Shown: positions 49,680 to 61,735 of the stretch, piece after piece | Position numbering within the stretch: position 1 is the first letter of the stretch | Layout: each line of letters starts with the position of its first letter | From: Magallana gigas | Lineage: Eukaryota | Assembly: GCF_963853765.1 (NCBI RefSeq) | Contig: NC_088862.1 | Coordinates: 26,846,001-26,910,000, forward strand | Direction of reading: 5' to 3' | Length of the DNA: 64,000 bases | The notes under the pieces: generated by a model | What the model was told of the DNA's origin: nothing | What the model saw: the letters and a program-made list of their open reading frames with translations, nothing else | The model's database searches: none | Made by a program: the position numbers and the translations under genes

Positions 49680-49824
49680 NNNNNNNNNNNNNNNNNNNNN
49701 NNNNNNNNNNNNNNNNNNNNNNNNNNNNNNNNNNNNNNNNNNNNNNNNNNNNNNNNNNNNNNNNNNNNNNNNNNNNNNNNNNNNNNNNNNNNNNNNNNNN
49801 NNNNNNNNNNNNNNNNNNNNNNNN
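49680..49824. other. Assembly gap (N run)
   Basis: 145 N. Confidence 1.
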
Positions 49825-52542
49825 ATTCAGATGGAGCAGCTTTCGCTACTCAAAACCTGATTTGCTGATTATAAAGAGTAAACTTCTTAATCTAGCTAGT
49901 TTATACTTTAATAAATGTTGTAGCCATTGAAATCAGTCCTTAAATGTATACATGGTCTATTGTCTGTGTCAGTGGTAACATTATGTAGTATTTATTCGTT
50001 TATTGCTAAATATTATATATAGAAATTATTCTATGACTATAAATAGGTGATCATATATGGTTTGGGGTGATCACGCCATTCGAGCTTTCTTGGATTTGAT
50101 AACTATAAGCGTGCTTTTGATCAACTTATAATAAAAAAAGAATGATTCCTTATTGCTTAATAAAAGTCGTACTTGAGAATTTGGAAAATTCTACACGGTG
50201 CAAGACTCGGGGTTGTTGGAGAGGGAAGTTCTGTCGGGATTTCAGTAGGAAGCGACTGGCTCATCACGACAAGACTAGCTACCAGTAGGACGGCAAAAAG
50301 AATACCTCGAACCATTATCATCGTCATCTTCTGACACAGTTATCTGAAATGAGAATTACTGTATAAGCACATATTTTCGTTGGGTTAAATTTTCATTTTT
50401 TAGTACTTGGGTTAAAAATTTGGATTTCATGGATTTAATTTCGTTGATTTATACTGCCAACGAAAATGACGATATTACATCCTCTGCGAAAGATTAAAGC
50501 TATTTTTCACGTAAAGAGCATATTGTTCAGTGAAATATGTCTTTTCTTGACTAGAACAAACAATTGGTACAATGCTTGCATTAATGCAGTAATGCATAGT
50601 AAAAAATTACCAATTAATAAAAACAATTGTAATATATTGAAATGTATATCAAAAATTAGAGTCAATGAAAAGGAACACCAGCAGATTCAATACTGTATAG
50701 GAAATAATTATAGATTACAATATCAGGAAAATTAAATATCTTACCGTTTCTTCAACAGAAATGAGCACTTGTGTTGAAGTTATTGTCAGTTCGTACTTTA
50801 TATTGATAGCCAATACCAGTAGGTGTATATTGATATAAATGAATAATCGTTTATATACAAAGGAGTGAACTTGATCAATGAAAATATCTTTGATTTTAAT
50901 TTTAGATTGTATTGATATCTTTAATTTTACATGACCACGCAATGTGGGTTTTTAATGTAATACAGCCGGCTAAGATTGATTTAATTGATATTTGTTAGAT
51001 TAGCTGATGTAGGCAATTTTTTACAATTTTACAATGTGAGAACAAGTGGTAAATAGTGAAATCAATTTTATAATGAACGATTCGTCTTTTTCAATCTGTC
51101 TTTAATTATCAAGAAGATGCTCGCATAATTCAAAAACTACTAGTATGCAGAACAAAATAAACTTTAATGTTCAAAATAGTTACAAACTCAGTATATTCTT
51201 GGCGTTGTCGATACTTACCACATCCAATTGCAGTATTAAAAAGACGTACTTATCTAATCATCTTAAATGATAGATCATGTTCAGATGTCTTATTGTGTAA
51301 AAGTACTTTTTATAACGTAGAATAAAAGTTCAACATCCCGCACTTATGTGTGAATCTAAAATCATGTAATACGCATGCGTAACTTAAATGTACTTTTCAT
51401 CATTCAAGAAAATACAAGTATTGTATTGTTGACAATTTGAATTTGTTTTAGTTAGTTCGTTGTAATGAGATTTCGTGATATCATAATTGTATGCAGGGAA
51501 ATGTTCGTCCCGTTTTATTTTACTCCTTTTGCTTAAGACTTAGCAAATTTCAATTTTAAAATTATTTTTCTTTAAACATACTGTGTCTGGGCGAATTTAA
51601 GACTGTTTGCAAGTGTAGAGGGGCAAACATTTCACGGGGCGAAAATAACACTGTATACAGTAATTAGAGATTTTTTTACAACTCATTGAATATTTATAAA
51701 CATACGTGTGAGGAAAGGGCTTGACAGCTACCTAAATCGATCGAGTCTTCACGAATACTTATAATTCTACATAGAATTAAGAAATGTTAGATGGTTTGGA
51801 AAAAATGTCAAAATTTGATGTCTATCAAATCTAGAATTGTGTTTGACCTTTCGTATGATAGACATTTTTTAACAGCTTTTAAAGTAATAAATGCAAGAAT
51901 TTCAAGAATAATTTAGAATAAAAAACAAACGTATAATGTTTTTTAACATTTGACTTTCAAAGATTCCCTCTACGAAAGGCAAAGCTTTAAGAATGGGTTT
52001 TAATGTTGTGGGTTCACATTTGAAGAGTGGATAGAAAGAAAAGTGTTTTATTTTATTGATTAAATTTCAGGTCCATATTGTATTGATAGTCATACTATTG
52101 CTTTTTTCAATCTAAGTATTACTTTACACAGGTAATGTCCAGCTTTGTTGACACAAAAAAAACACAAAACAGATTTTACCTTAAACATAAAAAAACCCAC
52201 TTTTCTGAAACAGCTTAAACAAGATTGATGATAGGGTGCATTTATCATTGCAAAAAATCATTTTATAATAAATTTTAGGCCTCGCCATTATAAGTACAGT
52301 CTAAGCAAAATATGCTTCATAACACATTTATGAATGCATGGCAGCTGCCATTTTGAGGATGTTGTGTGCGTGTACTGACTTTTTATTAGGAATGGACGTT
52401 ACAGGTTACCAACTTTCCCCCAGCCAAGATGCAGCCTCAGGTTACAGTATTCATCTCATATTCCTTAATTTTCTGTAAATAGTTGATGTGAGAACAGAGT
52501 TGAGTTATGATGAAAAGCCAGGTCTCATTTCAAATCATGTAG

Positions 52543-52641
52543 ACCCCATCTGAACCAAACTCCCAGGGGTGATGCATCGGAGAATATGTGGAGCGCGCAC
52601 CCCATCTGATCCAAACTAGCTGGGGTGATGCATCGGAGAAT
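52543..52641. repeat. Two ~43-bp direct repeats (period 56), each with an ACCCC...GGGGT hairpin
   Basis: accccatctga(a/t)ccaaact(ccca/agct)ggggtgatgcatcggagaat at 52543 and 52599. Confidence 0.85.
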
Positions 52642-52907
52642 GTTAGAATGAACTGCCACTATTACATTATCTAGAACGCATTCTGGTCGTTGTGGATCGT
52701 TTTATTGAACTTTGTTTTTTTGTTTAGATTATGGTAATATTGAATTCATTATTGATAATGTGAATCCCCTTGGATATTAGAGTCATCGGTCAAGCTCCAA
52801 TTTGGAATGCGTAATAGATTCATATGATATAGTATTATTCCTCGAAGAATGAACATGTTTTGAAGCAGATTCACTTAGTTATATACATAATGCATGTTCC
52901 AGGCATA

Positions 52908-53367
52908 ATTCTGGCAGAACCTGTGACTAGCATTTTCCAGACAGTAAACAGGTTAATGGAATTAGGTTTGCTCCCACGTTCTCTTCCTTGGGCAAACCGT
53001 TTTGATTGTTGCACTCAGACACACTGTATGTAAAATACCAGTAACGCGTAATAATTTGCATGATTCTGGCAGAACCTGTGACTAGCATTTTCCAGACAGT
53101 AAACAGGTTAATGGAATTAGGTTTGCTCCCACGTTCTCTTCCTTGGGCAAACCGTTTTGATTGTTGCACTCAGACACACTGTATGTAAAATACCAATAAC
53201 GCGTAATAATTTGCATGATTCTGGCAGAACCTGTGACTAGCATTTTCCAGACAGTGAACAGGTTAATGGAATTAGGTTTGCTCCCACGTTCTCTTCCTTG
53301 GGCAAACCGTTTTGATTGTTGCACTCAGACACACTGTATGTAAAATACCAGTAACGCGTAATAATTT
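52908..53367. repeat. 155-bp tandem array, ~3 nearly identical copies; probably inside a non-autonomous Helitron-type element
   Basis: Period 155 (52911, 53066, 53221), about 1 substitution per copy; followed by GC-rich hairpins (53371-53413) and CTAG (53450-53453). Confidence 0.9.
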
Positions 53368-54365
53368 ATAGCGAGCGCAGCTCGCCAACGCGCAGCGCCG
53401 GCGCGCGGCGAGCTCCACCGGCAAGGCGTGTGTGAATAGAAAATTCGGACTAGTTGCACATTCATTCAACGGATTTTTTGGCGTCAGTAAATCGGACAAG
53501 TAGTTCCCTGTAATCATGACAATTTTTTTAATGTCACACATGATGTATACGACATACAGTGAGTTACCTCTAAAGTTCACCTCAGTACACTCTCAATCAA
53601 AAATAATCGAGTGACGTCACAAAGGTTTACACATTGATCCGAAAGATTTTTTCGGCGTCAGTAAATGTTGGCCCACAATTCATAGTACCAATGGTTTCAA
53701 ACCTCACGAGCATTCATCCAAATGAGTGCAAGTTACAACTGTTTCCTATATCTGAAGAAATGTCCTCATTCTTTAGCTTTGCAAGATTTTGAGAGGATTT
53801 TTGAAAATTTCAGCAGATTTACAATAACTTCGGTTAGAGTAATTTCCCCTTATTGTGACGTCAAAGTTCACGTTGGTGTCGACTGACTCTTTAAAAGTCC
53901 CATGAGAAATAAAAGTACGCGAAGTATACCGTTTTATTTACTTAAAATGTATGATGTTCTTAAGATTGCTTCTCAGAAAATTTACATCGATTCTCGCGAT
54001 AACTTGGGGTTGGAAACCATTGGTACTATGAATTGTAAGTCAAAATGGGTTTTTTTAACATGGGGGGGGGGGGGGGGGGGCTCTATGATGAGTCAATTTT
54101 TGGGAGTTGATTTTTAATCAACTCTCCTATGCAGTCACTCGGACAAACCGAAAGTGAAACAGTGTTTGGACCTCAGCACAAATCATTGCTCCTGACAAGA
54201 CTTAGTTCTTGAAAATAATTGATGAATTCGATGTGATGTATGCTTAAGCATTGTTTTTCAAGGAAACTTATTTACAAATACCTTAAAAATAGTCAGATTT
54301 TAAATGGTACGAAGAATTTAAATATTTTTTGTAGTCGTTTGTATTTCTACGCCAGAGTTCAATAT

Positions 54366-54452
54366 AGTCTCGTTCAACTCGACGCTCGGCTGTCTCCGTA
54401 AACCCTTGTCGGAGATTTACGGTGTCAGCCGAGCGTTTGGTTGAACGAGGCT
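54366..54452. mobile_element. 87-bp foldback MITE-like palindrome
   Basis: AGTCTCGTTCAAC...CGCTCGGCTG...CCGTAAA / TTTACGG...CAGCCGAGCG...GTTGAACGAGGCT, in TA-rich flanks. Confidence 0.75.
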
Positions 54453-55013
54453 TATAGATCAATATTGCTTGGATCCATACAATTTTCGAGAAATATTTCT
54501 ACCACTGATACATACTTTGATTGAATTAATTTTATCTTTAAATATTATTTTACATGATTCATATGGAAGTTTCTCGACATTCTAGTCGAAAAAGTTCAAA
54601 AATTCATAATATAAAAATATGCGTAATTCAAATTAGAAACTACGTATACGTGTACTTGTCATGCAAAAAAACATATCATTGATTTTAAAATAAATAAATA
54701 TCGACAAAATCAACTCCCGTCAGTTCTTCAGTACTTTGATTATATGTAAGTTTAAGAAAAAATGTCTACTGCTAAAAAAGGGGATGAACTGACGTTACAA
54801 TCAATCTAAAAGAGGAGATACAGTGCAATGAACATATATATTACAATCTTTATTAATCAACAACATTGTATCTGGGATTAAACTATTGTTCTACTTATAA
54901 ATAAATAAATAAATTATAACAAATCTTATAAGCTATGAATAATGAATAATGAAAATTTACTGAAAAATAGGTTTGTTTTATTTTATTTTGCAATCAAATT
55001 CATTTACGTTGTT

Positions 55014-55060
<47 letters not shown>

Positions 55061-55756
55061 TGTGGACATTTATTCAATGTGAGCTTTGAATCTTTTCTTA
55101 AGATTAAATGTTTGGGTGTTTTTCTTATAGAAATTTACACAATTACATGTGTTGTACATGTACTGTAAGATACCTTAGATTTGTATAAATCTAATTCCAA
55201 TTACATATAAATATTGGCACGGCCTTTCTAAGTCAAATGCAGACGTATTCAAGCAATATAATAACATGTACTATGTTTTTGATACTATTCCACACGTAAA
55301 CAAAATACGACCTCATTAACAAAGATTCAAAGGAATTATTAAAACAAATACCTTATATTAATATATCACATCAAACAATCATAATGTACATTTCAATCCC
55401 TTGTTAAATAAAATACAAAACTCAACACTTTTCATGACAAAAATCACTGTCTAGAAATACATCCTATGAAATAAATGCCTAAATATTGTTATGATGATAA
55501 AAAACTACTATCTAATCCTTTTCTTAACATAGCATAATTTCTTACTAAAATTAACAGACGAGGACATTAGCATTACTATCAAATCAATATGGGAACTTCT
55601 AATGTATGAAGTTTAATATTTTTTCTGAGTTTGAAGATGAAAGATAAAACATAATTATATGTTAATAGCTTAAGACTAATGGCCCTTAATTGATGTCAAA
55701 TAGATATTTCCCTGTTGTGACTCCTGTTTTAAATCATTTCACCCGAGGACTGCGAT

Positions 55757-58700
55757 ATGGCAGGTAAGTAGCAAATATGATCAACATTTTACTATTTTAA
55801 ATTAAGATATTCATCTAAAGCGGCTAAGTAGCCAACTCACATCTCAACTCTACCTAAAACCATAATTTTTCTAGCAATGAAGTATTATATTTTTAAAGAA
55901 ACCCTAACAATTTCTGGTTCAAAAATCTCGGACAGAGTTTATCCTTTTCACAGCTATTTACTAAGTACTTAAGATAATAAAATGTACTCTTAGCAAGGGC
56001 GATTTTCTATACTTACCTACACATGTATACATACTTACAGCATATTTTACTAATAAAAGTATTTAAAAAAATTAAATATGCAATATTACACTCTATGTAC
56101 ATTGTACATGTATGTAAACAGATGGAGATAACAAAGAATGATAAGATCAAAGGGACAAATTTTTTTACTGATAGCTTGATTATTTGTCTTCTGTTTATCG
56201 GGGGTTTTTTCGTGGTTTTTGTTTTTGTTTTTGTTTTTTTTTTTTTGTTTTTTTTTTTAGGAGGGGAGGTTCTCGCTCTCAAATTACATTTTCCTTCCGG
56301 TAAATAATGCTATTATAAACAATAGACGTTTTCATAATGTGGGCTTTATACTATATGAAAAATGTTTTGAATAGGCATAATCTTATTTACTTTTGATTGA
56401 AGAGGGCTAGTTAATAAATTGCTCACATCTACATCAAATGTTAGATATGTTGTTGTATTTGTAAACTGTCATTGTGTAAAGAAAAATCCTATAAATTAAA
56501 CTGTAAAACTTCAATATAGTCATATTATCTTTCATTCTAGAGAGAAATAAAATAAATCAATAAAGTCTAAAAATTATACTTTCCCAGAACCCCACTTCCA
56601 CTCTATTTTAATTTCAAATGCAACTTTCTTGTACGTTCTTGTAAATTTTCGAACAATCTTACATTTAGAGTATCAATGCATGATTAAGAGACAAATTAAC
56701 CAAATGAAAAGAAATTCAAATTGTATATTTCAGTTGGTAAAATAAATCCCTAAATTAGGTCATTTAAATTGACGAGTGTTTACTTGATAAAACTTCAAAT
56801 CGATTTTCCAGGAAAAACAAGGGTTTTTTTCTTTTGATAACAGCAGCCAAAAATACATGCATCATCTATTGATTTGGCTGCAGAAAGAAAATCAAAAGAT
56901 TATGTAGCAAATAATCTCAACCTTGACACCCCAAAAATCAATTTAACTATTGAGAGGCGATCTTCACTCACAAAGATAAACCTACCGCGGCCCATTGATC
57001 TACTTTTGATATGAACATTTTCTTTTATAAGATCCATTAAAGATACAGCTCAATTTGCCGATATTTTTTCCCTAAAGAAAAAAAATCATTTGATTTGTTC
57101 CACTGATATCTAAATCGTTTCTTCAACATGCAATATGGGGTTTCAATGTGATACTCCCAAATATTTAGTTAGATTTTAAATATCAATAAATATCCTTTAC
57201 TACAGTTTATTCGTTACATGTAACTAGTATTCTGACAGCTAAATTATGTTAACTAAAGGTAAGTAACTTGAAGGTGGTCATTGCTGATAAAAATGCAGCT
57301 TGTCTTTAGTCTTCAGATTTAATTTTCTTACATTTAAAATAAAATTCATTTGAGCTACACAACTAATTAAAATTTGTGCTAGTATTAACTATTTTCTTTT
57401 TACATTCTTCAACTCCATCACACGTGTCAATCTTAAGCTATTTTTGCATCATTATCTTCCTTAATCTGCAATATAGTAATAAACCTCCCCAACTCTCCTA
57501 TTTGATGTTTCCTTTCTCTTTAAAAAGGGAGGAAGGGTAAAATTAGGGGTTGAGGTACATTATTGCTCTTGTTAGATCATCATTTCGCTCATATGATCTG
57601 AAGAGAAAGGAACATAGAAGCTAAGCAAGGCAGAGCATCGTCGAAAATCAATGTCAAACAATAAAAACAAAACACTGAATTGACAAATGAATACTTATTT
57701 TATTTCAGTGTCTTTGACTGTAATAACACTACGTATCGATTTTGTACTATACAGTCCAATAAATTCAAATGACGTATAAATTGGGCGCAAGCAGGGTTTG
57801 CTCATTTATATTCAAATATTTAATCGTGCGATTGCTGAAAATTATATCAATACAAGTAAAAAGGAATCATTCTTTGAATATAATTATGTAGTGAAAACTT
57901 CGGTCGGGACATGTTCAAATTAATCATAAAGCCCTTCGGGCACTTTTGGATTTGATCACGCCCCGACCAAAAGTATCACCTAATAAGTAAACAGTCAAAG
58001 AAGCATTCCTTATTCCTTAGATAAAGTCTATTTATTTTAGGTAAATTATTTCTTTCACCACTACTTTACCTGGCAATCCTAGTACAAATCGCACTAGGGT
58101 CGGAACCATGGCAAGAATTTATGGAAGATTTGAGACAGGATGTCAACAGCATACTTCAGGAAGATGTTTGTTTCCCTCAGCCAAAAGGTACGTCAGTCAC
58201 TGCATAGCAGGAGAATTTCAACAAAAGCTTGGGCTTTGGGTTGTTGTGTCAAACGTGCCAAATGTGACGTATGGCTGTCTTTTTCATTGTCGGCCATTTA
58301 GCCAAGATCACTGAAATTAATCGACAAGATTTGTCGGACTCTTAGAACTATTTTAACAAGAGCTTGGACTTAGGGTAGTTGTGTCAATCGGCAATGTGAC
58401 GTAGGCCTGTCCATTTAATTGTCAGCCACTCAGCATAGTTCTATGTAATCAACAAGATTTGTCTGGCATTTGAGCTAAGACTACACAATCTGTGTATATT
58501 TCGCTTAAACCAGTGCCACTTTTTAACTTGTTTTGACGCAAGAAATAGATTGTTACGTCCTATACCGAAAGTCCAATGTCTTGTTAAAATGGTTCCAAGC
58601 TGAGCCTACACAATCAATGCATATTTAGCATGAACGGTCACCAGGATAATTTTTACCTTGTTTGGAAGCAAGAAATACATAGTTACTTCTACGGAAAATC

Positions 58701-60438
58701 CAAGGTCTTGTTACATGTAAAATGACTCTCAGAGTTTTCGTAAGTAACTGAGTATTAAGCCTCACTTTAATATCGAATGGATTTAATTTAAAGCAAAAAA
58801 GGCAACTTCAAAGATGTTGCTTAACATCTAAGCAGTTCGGAGGTAAATTTTATGTTCAACATGGTACGTTACGTTAACGTAAGGCACTTGACGTCAAAAA
58901 CTCAAAAGTTCTTTTGACGTTAACTCATCGGATTAATTAGATCAAGGCTACCCAATCAAAAACCAAATGGTCTTTAAAATCAAATTTAACGAAACGTTGG
59001 TCCTGTGTTTCGATAAGTTTTGGTAGGCATTTTAGAGATTTCTTGCTCAGTTGCTGTACATTAGCGTGTTTACAAAACATAGGCCTTTAACACAAGTGTT
59101 CGACTGCCATTAGATCTGATAAATCATTTTTCAATGGAATCAAAATAGACTGGATTTGTTTAATCTCATGAAATCATAAAAAGCAGCGGGTTAAATGGTT
59201 GGATCTAGTTCACCTATATATTGGACTTAAAAACAAATTAGATTTTCGCCTTCAAGAAATTTTTGGGAAAAATCACAAGAGCATTTGTTGCGAGTGTTTG
59301 CGAACCAGACATTTATTGTCTTTCGAAAGTGCTTAATATTATCAAAATAGGTCTTGTCACACAATAAAATATCTCGCCTGTAACAAACTAATGGTTAGTT
59401 TAAACGCAGAAAAAAGTCGCCGTGAATTGAACCATTTTATCAAGACCTTGGACTTTCAGTAGGACGTAGCTATCTATTTCTAGCGTCAACACAAGTTAAA
59501 AATGACGCAGTTTAAGTGAAATATGCACCGATTGCAAAGTCTTAGCTCAAAAGCCAGACAAATCGGGTTGATTTCAAAGAGATATGACTGAGTGGTCAGC
59601 AATGAAATAGACAGGCCTATGTCACATTGCTTTGTGACACAAATACCGAAAGTTCCAGCTTTTGTTAAAATAGTTCTAAGAGGTAGTTAACAGAGTAAGT
59701 AGATGTTTTCCATTTGTGTTTTCCAGTAATCTGTGTTAGCAAACACAATGATTTTCCGCATCAGGCACGTAGCATGGGAGGGGGGGGGCACATTTTTTTC
59801 GAAGCAGACACAGTTCTTAATTTACATATGAACATTTGAAATACCACGGAGTTGCCCCCCCCCCCCCCCCTTGGGGAGCATGTCATAAATGAAAATGAAA
59901 ATTAGTAATTTAATAGTAAAATTGAAGATACAAGAATTACCCCACACACACTCACACACACTTTCAAAAACAAGCTTCGTGCCTGGGAATCACTTTCAGC
60001 GTATATGAAATTTCATAATGTGTAAAACTGCTGTTAGTCAATTAGAACCATTTTAACAAGAGCTTGGATTTTGGATAGTTGTGTCAAGCAGCAGTGTGAC
60101 GTAGGCTTGTCGATTTCATTGTAAGCCACTCAGCCATGGCTTTTTGAAATCAACAAGATTTGTCTGGCTTTTGAGGGATGACTACTAGTCGGTGTATATT
60201 ACGTCCCATCGAAAGTCCAAGGTCTTGATAAAATGGTCCTATGTATTAATAATTCTTTTTCAGTGGTGTGTGACGAAGAGAACATCGACTTTCACAACGT
60301 CCGCCAATCCGTGTTCGCCAACCTCCACAAACAGTCGTCCACGTCAAGGGAGTCCATCCGGCGATGGGGCGTCCTACGGGAGTTCTCACAGCAGCTCTGT
60401 GACATGTAATGAGAGAGAGAGAGAAAAAAAAAGAGAGA

Positions 60439-60470
<32 letters not shown>

Positions 60471-60589
60471 AAATGAAAATAGGAGACTGAGAGAGAGAGA
60501 GAGAGTAAGTATATGACAGACATATATAAACAAACTATTGATTTAACTAATAAAACAATCTATCATTCTTATTCATATAATGAATTAAG

Positions 60590-60673
<84 letters not shown>

Positions 60674-61678
60674 AAGGAAGAAAAGCGATTGTGAACTAAT
60701 AAAAAAAAATACGGTGAACAATTGCTTCAACTGTGTTTACAATGAAAAACATGAACCAATAATTACTTTTTCCCTAATTTTTGACATCGACGTGTTTGCT
60801 TTTATTTACCAGGAACACGTTCAGCCTGGCCACGCCTGAGAGCTTCCCCCAGTCGCCTTACAAGGACCACTTCAACCACATCGTCTGCAACAGAAAAGAG
60901 GGCCCAAACTGTGACTGGGCGAGGTCGGCACGGTACCGTACGGCCGACGGGGTCTGTAATAACCTGATCAACTCACGATGGGGGGCCTCCAACACCGTCC
61001 AAAGAAGGATGTCCCCGCCCCAGTATCAAGACGGTCAGTTATATTCATAAAAAGCACCCCCGGCCATTATTTTTTTTCAGGAACGTGTTGGAATCGTTTG
61101 GCCCATTTGCAAAACTGCGTGAAAACGCCAGCTCTTATATTACGAATTGTTGTCCCATGTTTCGACCTCGTCGCATTGCACACTGGACATATAGATTTCA
61201 AACAAAGAAAACGTCTTTAAATTTGCAATAAATTAGATAAGATCTTATTCAATTTCACCAGCCCTCGTCTACCCATTTTTCAAAATAAAAACATGTAAAA
61301 TTGAATAAATTAAAAAAAAAAAATACTGACGTCATGTCTCCTTATAGAGCACTCGATGCCCCGAGGATGGGGACGGAACCCCGCTATGCCTACCCCACGA
61401 GATATCAGTGAGCGCCTGTTTTCTGCCGCCGGGGGAAACGAGACGCCGAACGACGATCAGAACTCGCTCTTTTTGTGGAGCTTCGGTCAATTCCTGGACC
61501 ACGACCTAACTTTCACCCCGACTATGGGCAAGTGTATCGATTCATCCCTTTCCCCCTATTACTATCCATCTGTGTTTCATTCTCTATTTTTTTATTCTCT
61601 CTTTCTCGTATTATTGTTGATATCTATCAATCTAACTAATTATATTTCTACATTTATTTAAATATTTATTTATTCATA

Positions 61679-61735
<57 letters not shown>

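Noticed and set aside
48390-50830. Minus-strand exon-like pieces with GTAA donors (~48390, ~49380, ~50746)
   Set aside because: No coherent reading frame. They might be UTR or lncRNA exons but cannot be supported, and an N gap intervenes.
52543-53367. Identical 80-aa ORFs and a CRISPR-like repeat appearance
   Set aside because: The ORFs are artefacts of the 155-bp tandem repeat. There are no unique spacers or cas genes, and the DNA is eukaryotic.
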